In this document: in pieces, positions 19,775 through 30,099 of the stretch
Numbering within the stretch: the stretch's first letter is position 1
Layout of the letters: each line of letters starts with the position of its first letter
From: an uncultured delta proteobacterium
GTDB lineage: Bacteria > Myxococcota_A > Polyangia > Polyangiales > Polyangiaceae
Direction: 5' to 3'
Assembly (NCBI GenBank): GCA_963806225.1
Contig: CAWDXG010000004.1
Coordinates: 1,024,001-1,088,000 of the forward strand
Length of the DNA: 64,000 bases
Position numbers and translations under genes: made by a program
Notes under the pieces: model-generated
The model's input: only the letters and a program-made list of their open reading frames with translations
The model's database searches: none
Told to the model about the DNA's origin: nothing

Positions 19775-20452
19775 CTAGCGCAATTCCCACAGCTCGACGG
19801 CGAGAGGCCCACGCTCGGCGCGCACCGTGGCGCGATAGCGGCCCGACCTGTCCACGCAGACCGGTCCGTCCAGGCCCAGCATGGTAAAGCGGCGGCGGCC
19901 GGACTGGGCCGCTACGGCCTTTCCCTGCGCATCGAGCAGACGCGCCTCGATCCGGCCGCTGCCGGGCACGCCCACGACCAGCAGGCGGAAGCAGTCGCCG
20001 GCGCTGGCCCGGAAGCCGAGATCGGTCCGCCCGATACCACCGTCCACGCGCAGGTCGGTCGCCGGCACGCGACGCATGCCGTTGGATGGACCGCACATCA
20101 GTCCGAGCCTCATGACATCGAGCCGCGGTCGCCCGTGCGCGGTGAAATGCAGCGCGCAGCGGCCCCAGTTTGCGCCGCTCGGCGCTGGACCGGCGTCCAC
20201 CAGGTCGAACGGCGCGATCCACTCGCTGACCGCCTTCGCGGACCCAGCGTCGGGCTTGGCACCCGCTTCCACACGGGGCCGGTTGGTCACCGGGCCGACC
20301 ACGCTCGGCGCCGAGGCGGTTTCCTCGGCCGAGACGCGGGCTGACGGGGCTCCAGCCCGCCCTGAGGTGTGGGCGTTGCTGTGACAACCCGCCACCGCGC
20401 ACGACAGGACCGGAAGGAGTGCCAGCGGGCCGTATCTCACGAGGTCCGGCAT
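19775..20452 (-). CDS. Hypothetical lipoprotein
   Basis: Lipobox VAGC; C-terminal beta-sandwich-like region with paired Cys. Confidence 0.6.
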   Translation of the reverse strand: MPDLVRYGPLALLPVLSCAVAGCHSNAHTSGRAGAPSARVSAEETASAPSVVGPVTNRPRVEAGAKPDAGSAKAVSEWIAPFDLVDAGPAPSGANWGRCALHFTAHGRPRLDVMRLGLMCGPSNGMRRVPATDLRVDGGIGRTDLGFRASAGDCFRLLVVGVPGSGRIEARLLDAQGKAVAAQSGRRRFTMLGLDGPVCVDRSGRYRATVRAERGPLAVELWELR

Positions 20453-20545
20453 AGCCCACGAGCGGGCCCGACGCCCAGTCTCCGGCGCCACGGGGGCACC
20501 TGCCAGAGGTTTGACTGACGCACTGCGCCAGGGTAATTCCAGCTC

Positions 20546-21184
20546 GTGAACAGCGAGCGGCCGCCGCCGAGCAGCGATCGAGTCGAGGACAAGGAGCGCG
20601 AACGGCGCCGGCTGGAGCGCATCCTGCCGGAGCTCATCAAGCGCATTGTCGAGGCCGGGTACGAGAAGATCAGCGAGGGGCCGGAAAACGTCCGCCACTT
20701 CGTGAGCGAGATGAAGCTTCCCAAGGAAGCCCTCGCTCTCATCTTCGCGCAACTCGACGAGACGAAGAACGGACTCTACCGCGTGGTCGCGAAGGAAATC
20801 CGCGACTTCCTCGAGCACACCAATTTTGCCGAGGAGATGTCGAAGGTACTGACCACGCTGTCGTTCGAGGTGAAGACCGAGGTGCGCTTCATTCCGAACG
20901 ACTCGCGCTACGGCGCGCCTCGGCCCGACGTGCGGTCGCGCGTTCGCGTCAAGAAGGACAAGCCGGAAGCGAAGGACAAGCGCGAGCGCGAGGAGGCTCC
21001 CGAGGCGGATCCGTCGCAGGAGCCGCCGGCCGCCGACGCGTCCGGCGCTGCTTCCACTCCGCGCAGCCCGGAGCGTCCTTCGCGCTATTCCGAACGTCCT
21101 CCGCGGCATTCGGAACCTCCGCCTCCAGTGCATCCGGCGGACGCCGATGATCCCGACCGGAATCCCGAGGAGGGCGAGTCGTGA
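20546..21184 (+). CDS. Hypothetical protein (helical core, Pro/acidic tail)
   Basis: Clear coding bias; stop overlaps the next start. Confidence 0.75.
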   Translation: MNSERPPPSSDRVEDKERERRRLERILPELIKRIVEAGYEKISEGPENVRHFVSEMKLPKEALALIFAQLDETKNGLYRVVAKEIRDFLEHTNFAEEMSKVLTTLSFEVKTEVRFIPNDSRYGAPRPDVRSRVRVKKDKPEAKDKREREEAPEADPSQEPPAADASGAASTPRSPERPSRYSERPPRHSEPPPPVHPADADDPDRNPEEGES

Positions 21185-21633
21185 AAGCGCTGACTGCGGG
21201 CAGCGAAATCGACTCCTGGTGCACCAGCTGTCGCATGGATCTCGGGCACCGCATCGTGGCGATGGTCGAGGGTCGCCCCAAGCGCGTGGAATGCCTCACG
21301 TGCGGCCGGCAGCATAACTACCGCGCACCGAAGTCCGCCCAGGAAAAGGCCGCCGCCGGGCGCCCGAAGCGCACGAAAACCGGCGCCGCACCGAAGCTGA
21401 CGCAGCGCGCGCGGGCCGAGCAGGAACGCGTCGCGGACTGGGAAGCGCGCGTCTCGGGCCAGCCCTCCGACGCTCTGACCCGCTATTCGATGAACCATCG
21501 GTTTTCCGAAGGCGAGCTGGTGCTGCACAAGAAATTCGGTGAAGGCTACGTCACCGAGGTGCTCGAGGACGGCAAGGTCAGCATCATGTTCCGCGACGGC
21601 CCCCGCACCCTGGCTCACGGCCACGGCGGCTAG
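21181..21633 (+). CDS. Hypothetical zinc-ribbon protein with C-terminal SH3-like module
   Basis: CxxC...CxxC (CTSC, CLTC); HKKFGEGYV motif. Confidence 0.75.
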   Translation: MKALTAGSEIDSWCTSCRMDLGHRIVAMVEGRPKRVECLTCGRQHNYRAPKSAQEKAAAGRPKRTKTGAAPKLTQRARAEQERVADWEARVSGQPSDALTRYSMNHRFSEGELVLHKKFGEGYVTEVLEDGKVSIMFRDGPRTLAHGHGG

Positions 21634-24450
21634 ATGCCCGCCTCGCTGCGGCAGCGCGCTCTGGTCGTCGCCGCGGTACTGGCGGCGACCTGTGCCAGCA
21701 GCGCGGCGCGAGCCACGACCCGGATCATCCCGGCGGAAGACGGCTCGCTGGGCGCGTGGCTGGTAGCCGGCGCCGTGCCGGCCAGCGCGGGCGCCGGGCT
21801 CGACCCGGGCGCCGCGCGGCCCAGCAAGGGCGCACCCCTGTCCGATGCGAGCTCTGGACCGCGCTGGCGTGTGGTGTCCACCGACGACGGGGCCCTCGAC
21901 CTCGAGAAGGAGCTTTCCGCCGGCAAGAAGGCCGGGCCCTGGGCCATGCTCGGCGGCGAGCTCGAGCTGGCGCGCGCTCTCGATGGCTGGCTGTTGCTCT
22001 CGTTCGACGGCGGCGCGACGGTGCTGGTCGACGGGAACAAGCTCTGGAGCCGCGACATCGAGCGGATCCGGGGCGGGTCGTGGGACGCGATCCCGCTGCG
22101 GCTACCGAAGGGCCGCCACCGGCTCACGCTGTGGCTGCATCACCGCGGCCACTACTGGGCCTGTGCAGTGCGGGTGCTCGACCGGAGCACGCTGCGACCA
22201 CCTCGCGGACTGTCACTGGCGCTGCCGGGCACCGACGCCGACGATACCGCGCGGCTGGCGGCCTCCATGCTGCACGTCGAGCTTTCAACCGGGCTCGACG
22301 ACAACGGCTACCGGCCGCGCATCGCGCTCGAGTACCGCCGCGGTGCTCCGCGCGACGTGGCCCGCGACGCCAGCGTGCAGGCGCGCCTGACGGGCTCGGC
22401 CAAGCCACTTTTCAAGGTCGCTCTCGGCCAACTGCCGGTCGGCGGGCGCGCCGTGCACGCGCTCCGCGCCGTGCTGCCGCCCGTTTCCGCCAGGGCGCTC
22501 GGCGACACGGACAACATCCGCCGCCTCGAGCTCCACATCGAGCTCGGCAAGGTCGAGCTGGAGCGCACGCTGCTCGTCACCCGCCGCGCACCGCGCGTCC
22601 TTTCACGCGCCGGAGCGCTCGGCGCGAAGCTGCGCAGCGGCGCGTCCGGTCCTGGACTACTCGACGCGGCTGTGATCGCCGACACGCTCGAACAGAAGAG
22701 CGGCCGCCTGCGCCAGCTGGGCCACCGGCGTCACTCCACGCTGCACGCGCTCGCGAGTACGCTGGAGGACCTGGAAGCGCTGTGCGCCGACGTCGAGCAC
22801 GCCCGGGATCCGCTGGCGCTGCCGGGCGTGCATGCCCTCGCCCGCCGCTCCGATCTCGACGGCCGCCCCGAGCGCTTCGAGCTGTACGTGCCGGCGGGTT
22901 TCGACCCGGGGGCGAAGCGCCGCTACCCGCTGGTGGTGGCCCTCCACGGCTACAACGGCGGACCGCACGGCGTGATGCGCGCCTTTCTCGACAGCGACAG
23001 CCGCGGACCGGTGAGCGGCGTGGACGGCTTCGTGCTGGCGCCGTTCGCGTACGGCAACGCGTTCTACCGCGGACCGGGCGAGCACGAGGTGATGCGGAGC
23101 CTCGACTGGGCGATGAAGACGTTTCCCGTCGATCCGGAGCGCGTGAGCATCACGGGCGTGTCCATGGGGGGCACGGGCACCGCCCAGCTCGCGTTCTTCT
23201 ACGCGGACCGCTTCTCGGCGGTGTCGCCACTGTGCGGCTACCAGAGCTACTTCATCCGCCACGACACCTCGCACCGTCCGCTCCGTCCCTGGGAGAAGGA
23301 CCGCATGCGGCACTGGTCGCCCACGAGCTGGGCGGAGAACGGCCGCAACATGCCGATGTTCCTCGCGCAGGGAACGAAGGACTACCCGCACGAAAACGGC
23401 AAGGTGCTGGTCAAGCGCTACCGCGCACTCGGCTACTCCGTCAGCGAGGACTGGCCGGACATCGGCCACCACGTCTGGGAGATCGAATGGAAGGGGGCGA
23501 AGATGTGGCCGTGGCTTGCGCGCCACCGGCACGATCCCTCGCCAAGACACATCACACTGAAGAGCGACCAGCTGCGCTACGCGAAGCAGGACTGGCTCCG
23601 CATCACGGTTCTCGCGACGCCCGGGCGCATGGGGCTGGTGGACGCGAAAGTCGTCGACCCGCACCACGTAGTGGTGACCTCCGACGCGGTCGATGGACTG
23701 TCGATCGACCGGGCGCGGGCGAAGCTCGGCGGCGACGCGCCCGTGCAGCTCGAGATCGACGGGCGCTCGCTGGAATTCAAGGCAAACGAGCCGCTCGCCG
23801 CACACCGGACCGCAAAGGGCTGGGCGGCCGGCGCGATCGCGCCGGCGCCGGGCGACAAGCACGCCGGCGTCGAAGGCGCGATCCGCGACGCCTTCCTCGG
23901 TCCCCTCGCCTTCGTCTACGGCACGCTCGATCCATCCACCGCCCGCGCCAATCGCGAGGTCGCAGAAGCGTTCGCCGCCGTGCGCTACGGCGAAGACATC
24001 CACTACCCCGTGCTGGCTGATCGCGACGTGGATCGGGAAGTCGAACGCACGCATTCGCTGTTCCTGGTGGGAACGCGAGCGGACAACCGGCTTTTGCGCT
24101 CGCTCGACGCCGCGCTGCCCGTCCACGTGCGGCATGGCGCGCTGCTCCTCGGCAAGCATCGCTACGCGGGCCCCGACGTGGGGGCGATCTTCGTCCACGC
24201 GAATCCGCGCCACCCGGACCGCTACGTCGTGGCGGTCGAAGCGGTGGATGCGGGCGGCATCTGGCAGGCCCTGTCGCTGCCGCGGCTGCTGCCGGATTTC
24301 ATCGTGTACGACGCCGGCCTGGCGGCAGCCTCCGGACAGCAGGTACTCGGTTCCGCCAGGGTGCTTGCCGGCGGCTTCTTCCAGCGCGACTGGTCGCTCC
24401 CGGCGCACGTAGGCGACCCGGACGCGGGCTCCTCCACCAACGCGCGCTAG
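21634..24450 (+). CDS. Secreted multidomain alpha/beta hydrolase (esterase/peptidase)
   Basis: Signal peptide; VVALHG, nucleophile GVSMGG, GTKD, GHHVW. Confidence 0.8.
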   Translation: MPASLRQRALVVAAVLAATCASSAARATTRIIPAEDGSLGAWLVAGAVPASAGAGLDPGAARPSKGAPLSDASSGPRWRVVSTDDGALDLEKELSAGKKAGPWAMLGGELELARALDGWLLLSFDGGATVLVDGNKLWSRDIERIRGGSWDAIPLRLPKGRHRLTLWLHHRGHYWACAVRVLDRSTLRPPRGLSLALPGTDADDTARLAASMLHVELSTGLDDNGYRPRIALEYRRGAPRDVARDASVQARLTGSAKPLFKVALGQLPVGGRAVHALRAVLPPVSARALGDTDNIRRLELHIELGKVELERTLLVTRRAPRVLSRAGALGAKLRSGASGPGLLDAAVIADTLEQKSGRLRQLGHRRHSTLHALASTLEDLEALCADVEHARDPLALPGVHALARRSDLDGRPERFELYVPAGFDPGAKRRYPLVVALHGYNGGPHGVMRAFLDSDSRGPVSGVDGFVLAPFAYGNAFYRGPGEHEVMRSLDWAMKTFPVDPERVSITGVSMGGTGTAQLAFFYADRFSAVSPLCGYQSYFIRHDTSHRPLRPWEKDRMRHWSPTSWAENGRNMPMFLAQGTKDYPHENGKVLVKRYRALGYSVSEDWPDIGHHVWEIEWKGAKMWPWLARHRHDPSPRHITLKSDQLRYAKQDWLRITVLATPGRMGLVDAKVVDPHHVVVTSDAVDGLSIDRARAKLGGDAPVQLEIDGRSLEFKANEPLAAHRTAKGWAAGAIAPAPGDKHAGVEGAIRDAFLGPLAFVYGTLDPSTARANREVAEAFAAVRYGEDIHYPVLADRDVDREVERTHSLFLVGTRADNRLLRSLDAALPVHVRHGALLLGKHRYAGPDVGAIFVHANPRHPDRYVVAVEAVDAGGIWQALSLPRLLPDFIVYDAGLAAASGQQVLGSARVLAGGFFQRDWSLPAHVGDPDAGSSTNAR

Positions 24451-25493
24451 CGCCCGCGGCGCGGACGCGTGTTCTTCTGCTTCGACGCGGGCCTGGCGCG
24501 GTCCGGCGAGCCGCCGCCCTTCTTCGACGCGGGCCTGGCGCGGTCCGGCGAGCCGCCGCCCTTCTTCGACGCGGGCCTGGCGCGGTCCGGCGAGCCGCCG
24601 GCCTTCTTCGACGCGGACCTGGCGCGGTCCGGCGAGCCGCCGGCCGTCTTCGACGCGGGCCTGGCGCGCCCAACCGAAGCGCGCGCCTTCTTCGGCGCGC
24701 TCCGCCGCTCGCCCCGGCCCGGCGCGCCCGGGCGCGCCCGCTCGGGCAGCTCGGCCGGGCGCACGCGCTTGGGCACACCGTAGGCGCGCTTCAGATCGAC
24801 CATCTCGTCGACGCCGAGATGGCGCCACTGCCCGGGACGCAGTCCCTCGACCGTGATGCCGGCGTAGGCGACGCGCGCCAGCCGCACCACCGCCGCGCCG
24901 CTAGCCTCGCCGAGCCGCCGCACCTGACGGTTCCTGCCCTCGCGCAGCGTGACCTCGATCCAGGTCTTGCCCTCCACGGTCCTCAGCCGCTTGACCTCCG
25001 CGGGCTGCGTCGCCCGGCCGTCGATGACGATGCTCCGGCGCCAGCGTTCGATCGCGCGGTCGTCGAGCTCGCCTTGAACCTTCGCCACGTACACCTTCGG
25101 TACGCGACGGCGCGGATGCATCAGCCCTTCAGCGAAGTCGCCGTCGTTCGTCAGGAGCAGCACACCGCTCGTGTGGAAGTCGAGCCGTCCGACGGGCACC
25201 AGCCGCAGCCCGATGTTCTTGACGTAGTCGATCACGGTCGGTCGCCCCTCGGGATCGCGGAGCGTGCACATCACGTTCTTCGGTTTGTGCAGCGCGATGT
25301 AGACGAGCGGCTCTGCCATGATCCGACGCCCGTCCACTTCCACGTTCGAGCGGCGGGGGTCGGCGCGCGACCCCAGCTCGGTCACCACGTGGCCGTCGAC
25401 CTTGACCCGACCTGCGACGATCAGCTCCTCCGCGGCGCGCCGCGAGGCGATGCCCGCACGGGCCAGGATTTTCTGGAGGCGTTCGGTGGTCAT
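24447..25493 (-). CDS. rluB: RsuA/RluB-family rRNA pseudouridine synthase
   Basis: S4 domain (ERLQKILARAGIASRR), VGRLD, EGRNRQVRR. Confidence 0.9.
   Translation of the reverse strand: MTTERLQKILARAGIASRRAAEELIVAGRVKVDGHVVTELGSRADPRRSNVEVDGRRIMAEPLVYIALHKPKNVMCTLRDPEGRPTVIDYVKNIGLRLVPVGRLDFHTSGVLLLTNDGDFAEGLMHPRRRVPKVYVAKVQGELDDRAIERWRRSIVIDGRATQPAEVKRLRTVEGKTWIEVTLREGRNRQVRRLGEASGAAVVRLARVAYAGITVEGLRPGQWRHLGVDEMVDLKRAYGVPKRVRPAELPERARPGAPGRGERRSAPKKARASVGRARPASKTAGGSPDRARSASKKAGGSPDRARPASKKGGGSPDRARPASKKGGGSPDRARPASKQKNTRPRRGR
24480..24668. repeat. 42-bp in-frame tandem repeat, about 4.5 copies, in the RluB tail
   Basis: Unit TTCGACGCGGGCCTGGCGCGGTCCGGCGAGCCGCCGCCCTTC starting at 24481, 24523, 24565, 24607, 24649. 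Confidence 0.95.
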
Positions 25494-25597
25494 GCTGTGT
25501 GGCCGGTTGGCTCGCTCACGGGTCCCGGTTATGGCCGCCCGCGGCGCGGGACGCCAGACTCCTGTTGTCTGGGGCGGGTATCTGCTATGGGCGGCGC

Positions 25598-25951
25598 ATG
25601 CGTCGCGTGGACAAGCCCTGGGGTCACGAGGTCATCTGGGCGGAGACCGCCCGCTACGTCGCGAAGGTGCTCCACATCAACAAGGGGCACAAGCTCAGCC
25701 GGCAGTACCACAAGGTCAAGGACGAGACCCTGATGGTGGAATCCGGCGAAATGGACCTGGAGCTCGGAGATGGAGCAGAACTCCGGACCGAGCACATGCG
25801 GTCCGGCGACACCTTCCATGTCACACCGGGCACCATCCACCGCATGATCGCCGTGGAGGACGTGCGCGTGTTCGAGGTCTCGACCCCCGAGCTCGACGAC
25901 GTGGTGCGACTGTCCGACGACTACGGCCGCGAAGGCACCAGCACGCCCTGA
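25598..25951 (+). CDS. Cupin domain protein (mannose-6-phosphate isomerase C-terminal-like)
   Basis: RVDKPWG, LS.QYH..KDE, HR, EVSTPELDDVVRL.DDYGR. Confidence 0.85.
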   Translation: MRRVDKPWGHEVIWAETARYVAKVLHINKGHKLSRQYHKVKDETLMVESGEMDLELGDGAELRTEHMRSGDTFHVTPGTIHRMIAVEDVRVFEVSTPELDDVVRLSDDYGREGTSTP

Positions 25952-25966
25952 GCCGACCCGAAGCGA

Positions 25967-26755
25967 CTACTTCGATTTCGTCTTGCTGGCAGCATCCCCC
26001 GCGGCAGCGGCAGCGGCACCGGCATCGCCGGCAGCGAGCGGCGGCGGACCGGCGTCCCCGGCGCCTCCGTCGGCCTTCTCGTCTTCCTGCTCTTCCTTCA
26101 ACTCCTGCTCACGCGCGGCGATCTCGTCGCGGTTCCAGCGGTCGACATGGCCGTCGTGGTCGAGATCCACGCCCATGCGGCGTAGGTGCCCCTTGTCGTA
26201 GATCTCCCAGACATCCGGCTTTCCGTCGTGGTTCGTGTCGCGCTGGATGCGGCTCAGCTTGCCGTCCACGTAGTAGCGGACCTCGTCGGGCTGGCCGTCG
26301 TGGTTGGTGTCGATCTCGACCTTGGCGATGCGACCGCGCGCAAACGTTTCCCAGGTGTCGATCTTGCCGTCGTAGTTGCTGTCGGCCAGCTCGTGCAGCG
26401 GCTCGCCCTTGTCGTTGTAGGTGCGCACCACGTCCTTCATCCCGTCGAGGTTCGTGTCGACCTCGCGGCACAGCAGGTTCTTGTGGCGGTCCTCGCCCTC
26501 TCCAACGATGGCGTAGACGCGACGAATGTTCGGCTGGATGGCGCCCGGCCCCGCCGTTTCGCTGACCTCGCGGTCGGCGCGGCCCTTGAAGTCGCAGCGC
26601 GAGTGATCGTCGGCGCTGTTCTTCGCCACCGAGACGGCGCGGCCGCTCTTCGTCGGCATCTTCGGCCCGGTGCCGGTCCCGCCACAGGCGTAGACCGCGA
26701 AGCTCGAAACGCCGAGCAGCGCCATCCCAATCAAGAGCTCGTGGCGCGAGCGCAT
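25967..26755 (-). CDS. Lipoprotein with Dx[DN]xDG repeats
   Basis: Lipobox VYAC; DTNLDG, DSNYDG, DTNHDG x2, DLDHDG at about 22-aa spacing. Confidence 0.8.
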   Translation of the reverse strand: MRSRHELLIGMALLGVSSFAVYACGGTGTGPKMPTKSGRAVSVAKNSADDHSRCDFKGRADREVSETAGPGAIQPNIRRVYAIVGEGEDRHKNLLCREVDTNLDGMKDVVRTYNDKGEPLHELADSNYDGKIDTWETFARGRIAKVEIDTNHDGQPDEVRYYVDGKLSRIQRDTNHDGKPDVWEIYDKGHLRRMGVDLDHDGHVDRWNRDEIAAREQELKEEQEDEKADGGAGDAGPPPLAAGDAGAAAAAAGDAASKTKSK

Positions 26756-27574
26756 CTACTTGCCGCCTTTCTGGTCGGACGTGCCCTTCTGGTCGGACGC
26801 GCCCTTCGAGTCGGCACTTCCCGTCGGCTTGTTCGACAGTTCCGTCGGCACGGCGCCCGGCCCCTTGAAGTCGGGGCTCTTCACCTCGTGGGCGGGATTG
26901 CGCGCTGGCGGCACGTAGCCTGCGTCCTTGCACACGTCCACCGAGGAGCCCGGATCCGGATGCCCGTCGCCATCGATGTCGGAGTGGATGATCGGGCAGC
27001 CCGGCTTGCCACCCGCCGGGTACTCCCACCACTGATCGATGACGCCGTCGCCATCCGAGTCGCGCTCGGCGCTCGCGACGCGCCCACCCTTGTAGTACTC
27101 CCAGGTATCGAGCTTGCCTCCGAGCGTGGTTGCACGGTCCTTCTCGACCAGAACCCCGCCCTTGTACTTGGAGATCTCGTCGATGCGACCATCGCGGTCG
27201 TAGTCGGTCTCGCGCCGCGTCACCTGCCCCGCCGGATCCCGGTAGACCCACTCGTCCACCTTGCCGTCGAAGTCGAGGTCCACGGCCCGGCACACCTCGT
27301 GGCCGCCCTCCTTGACGATGGTGATGTCGGGGCGGCCGTCGTTGTTGGCGTCGATCTTCTCCGCACCGCTCGAGTTCGTGTCGCACTCCTGGTGCACGAT
27401 CTTGGTGTCCTTGGTGGTCTTCCCCGACGACGCGGAGTTGACGTGCGCGGACGTCGACCCACTGCAGCCAGACTGGAATACTGCGATCGCCAGCGCCGCC
27501 AGCCACCATGCCGCTCCGCGCGGCTTCCCGCGCCGCGCCCCGGCAGGAGGGCTCTTGTGCCTCGTCATCGTCAT
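26756..27574 (-). CDS. Second lipoprotein with Dx[DN]xDG repeats
   Basis: Lipobox-like QSGC; DANNDG, DLDFDG, DYDRDG, DSDGDG, DIDGDG. Its stop abuts the next ATG. Confidence 0.78.
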   Translation of the reverse strand: MTMTRHKSPPAGARRGKPRGAAWWLAALAIAVFQSGCSGSTSAHVNSASSGKTTKDTKIVHQECDTNSSGAEKIDANNDGRPDITIVKEGGHEVCRAVDLDFDGKVDEWVYRDPAGQVTRRETDYDRDGRIDEISKYKGGVLVEKDRATTLGGKLDTWEYYKGGRVASAERDSDGDGVIDQWWEYPAGGKPGCPIIHSDIDGDGHPDPGSSVDVCKDAGYVPPARNPAHEVKSPDFKGPGAVPTELSNKPTGSADSKGASDQKGTSDQKGGK

Positions 27575-27818
27575 TCCGCTCGCCCTCTCCGCACCGAAAA
27601 GAAAGCCTACGGCCGGCCTTTCCGCACGCACTGCCTCGCCGTGGTCTGGCGCCATCCTAGGCGGGGACCCGGGCGCTGACAAGCCTGGCGCAGCGCGCAA
27701 TATGCCCGGGAAAATGGCCGGATCCAGCCTTGCCCCCTGGACCCCTTCCGGGGCCAGCTTTATGCTGTAAATCACTGTATTCATTGGCAAAAAATATCTG
27801 GCGCCCGGCTTCTCGTGA

Positions 27819-27847
27819 TTGACATCATACGTATGGGAATCTATTGT
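27819..27847 (+). promoter_or_regulatory. Sigma70-type promoter with a palindrome in the spacer
   Basis: TTGACA (27819-24), 17 bp, TATTGT (27842-47); perfect palindrome CATACGTATG at 27826-35. Confidence 0.75.
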
Positions 27848-27881
27848 AACGGCTGGCAAGTCGGCTCCGGATGAGAACACG

Positions 27882-28085
27882 ATGTCACGCAAGAAGATTT
27901 CGACGACCGTCTACATCACGCCGGAGCAGAACGAGCGGCTGCATCTGCTGCACAATCGCACGAAAGTGCCGGTCGCCGTCTACATCCGGGAAGGCATCGA
28001 TCTGGTCCTGAAGCGCTACGAGCACGCGCTGCCCGGGCAGATGAGCCTGACCGAAGCACAGCAACGCGGCAACAAGAAGGCGTAG
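27882..28085 (+). CDS. Ribbon-helix-helix DNA-binding protein
   Basis: 67 aa; beta-strand ISTTVYI followed by two helices (VAVYIREGIDLVL). Confidence 0.85.
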   Translation: MSRKKISTTVYITPEQNERLHLLHNRTKVPVAVYIREGIDLVLKRYEHALPGQMSLTEAQQRGNKKA

Positions 28086-28223
28086 CCCGAACGCAGCGCC
28101 GATCGCGCGAGCCGCGCAACGCGCGCGTCGCCTGCGCTGGTCGTGACGCGGGTTTGGGGCTAGACAAGCCCGCTCGAAAGCTGGGCCTCCTTCCGATCTA
28201 CCAACACGGGGCCAGGCAGAAGC

Positions 28224-30026
28224 ATGCCCACCGATCCGTCGATCATCCGCAACTTCTCGATCATAGCGCACGTCGATCACGGCAAGAGCACGCTCGCCGA
28301 CCGCATCCTCGACCTGACCGGCGCGATCACCGAACGCGAGAAGGTCGCGCAGTTCCTCGACAAGCTCGATCTCGAGCGCGAGCGCGGCATCACCATCAAG
28401 GCCCAGACGGTACGGCTCAAGTACAAGGCGCACGACGGAATCGAGTACCAGCTGCAGCTCATCGATACGCCCGGGCACGTCGATTTCAGCTACGAGGTCA
28501 GCCGCAGTCTCGCAGCCTGCGAAGGCGCACTCCTGGTGGTGGACGCCACGCAGGGCGTCCAGGCGCAGACCGTCGCCAACGTCTATCTCGCGCTCGACAA
28601 CGACCTCGAGATCATCCCCGTGCTCAACAAGGTCGATCTGCCATCGGCCGACGTCGATCGCACGGCCGAGATGATCGAGGAGGTGATAGGCCTCGACTGC
28701 AGCGGCGGGGTGCTCACCAGCGCCAAGACGGGCCAGGGCGTCGGCGAGGTGCTCGAGGCCATCGTGCAACGCATTCCCCCTCCGAAGGGCGACCGCGACG
28801 CGCCCCTGCGCGCTCTTATCTTCGACAGCTGGTACGACAGCTACCGCGGTGCGGTGGTGATGCTGCGCGTGGTTGACGGCCTGCTGAAGAAAGGCGACCG
28901 CATCGAGTTCATGGCCACCGGCCGCTCCTACGAGGTCACCGCCGTCGGCTGTTTCGGCCCGCACCCGGTGGAGCTGACGGAGCTGGGTCCCGGTGAGGTC
29001 GGGTTCGTCGCCGCCAGTATCAAGAGCGTGGAGGACACGAAGATTGGCGACACCGTGACCCTGGCCAAGCGCGCGACCACGTCGCCGCTCCCGGGCTTCA
29101 AGGAAGTGAAGCCAATGGTCTTCGCGGGCATCTTCCCGACCGACTCGGCGCAGTACGAGGATCTCCGCGACGCGCTCAGCAAGCTGCACCTGAACGATTC
29201 GTCGTTCCAGTTCGAACCGGACACGTCCGACGCGCTGGGCTTCGGTTTCCGGTGCGGGTTCCTCGGTCTCTTGCACATGGAGATCATCCAGGAGCGCCTG
29301 GAGCGGGAGTACGACATCGATCTCATCACGACGGCGCCGAGCGTCGTGTACCACGCCCACAAGAAGGACGGTGAGGTTGTCACCGTCGACAATCCCTCGA
29401 AGATGCCTGCGGTGGGTGACATCGAGCGCATCGAGGAGCCGATCATGAAGGTGACGGTCCACGTGCCCTCGGAGTTCGTGGGCCCGGTCGTCGCCCTGTG
29501 CGAGGAGCGGCGCGGCATCCAGCAGGGGATCCACTTCGCCACCAAGACGCACGTCGTCATCACCTACGAGATTCCGTTGGCCGACGTGATTCTGGATTTC
29601 CACGACAAGTTGAAGAGCGCGTCGCGCGGCTACGCCAGCATGGACTACGAGCTGGTGGGCTACCGTCCCGACAACCTGGTCAAGCTCGACATGCTGCTCA
29701 ACGGCGAGCCTCTGGACGCGCTGAGTGTGATCGTCCACCACGACACCGCCTACGCGCGCGGCCGCGCGCTCGCCTCGAAGCTCAAGGAACTGGTGCCGCG
29801 CCAGCAGTACGAGGTCGCCATCCAGGCCGCCATCGGCACCAAGGTCATCGCGCGCACCACCGTGCGCGCCATGCGCAAGGACGTGACCGCCAAGTGCTAC
29901 GGCGGCGACATCAGCCGCAAGCGCAAGCTCCTGGAGAAGCAGAAGGAAGGCAAGAAGCGCATGAAGCAGGTCGGCAGCGTGGAAGTGCCCCAGGAGGCGT
30001 TCCTCGCCATACTCAAGCTCGACTAG
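28224..30026 (+). CDS. lepA: Elongation factor 4
   Basis: [46 protein letters not shown]. Confidence 0.98.
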   Translation: MPTDPSIIRNFSIIAHVDHGKSTLADRILDLTGAITEREKVAQFLDKLDLERERGITIKAQTVRLKYKAHDGIEYQLQLIDTPGHVDFSYEVSRSLAACEGALLVVDATQGVQAQTVANVYLALDNDLEIIPVLNKVDLPSADVDRTAEMIEEVIGLDCSGGVLTSAKTGQGVGEVLEAIVQRIPPPKGDRDAPLRALIFDSWYDSYRGAVVMLRVVDGLLKKGDRIEFMATGRSYEVTAVGCFGPHPVELTELGPGEVGFVAASIKSVEDTKIGDTVTLAKRATTSPLPGFKEVKPMVFAGIFPTDSAQYEDLRDALSKLHLNDSSFQFEPDTSDALGFGFRCGFLGLLHMEIIQERLEREYDIDLITTAPSVVYHAHKKDGEVVTVDNPSKMPAVGDIERIEEPIMKVTVHVPSEFVGPVVALCEERRGIQQGIHFATKTHVVITYEIPLADVILDFHDKLKSASRGYASMDYELVGYRPDNLVKLDMLLNGEPLDALSVIVHHDTAYARGRALASKLKELVPRQQYEVAIQAAIGTKVIARTTVRAMRKDVTAKCYGGDISRKRKLLEKQKEGKKRMKQVGSVEVPQEAFLAILKLD

Positions 30027-30099
30027 CGCTCGCTTTCGCACGATCGATGACCGGGCGGGGTTGTCCGGTCGGGATGCTCCAGCTACACACTCCGGGGCC

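Noticed and set aside
24480..24668. 42-bp repeats as a CRISPR array
   Set aside because: No unique spacers, in-frame within rluB, and no cas genes.
27882..28085. RHH protein as an antitoxin
   Set aside because: No adjacent toxin-like ORF; the next gene is lepA.
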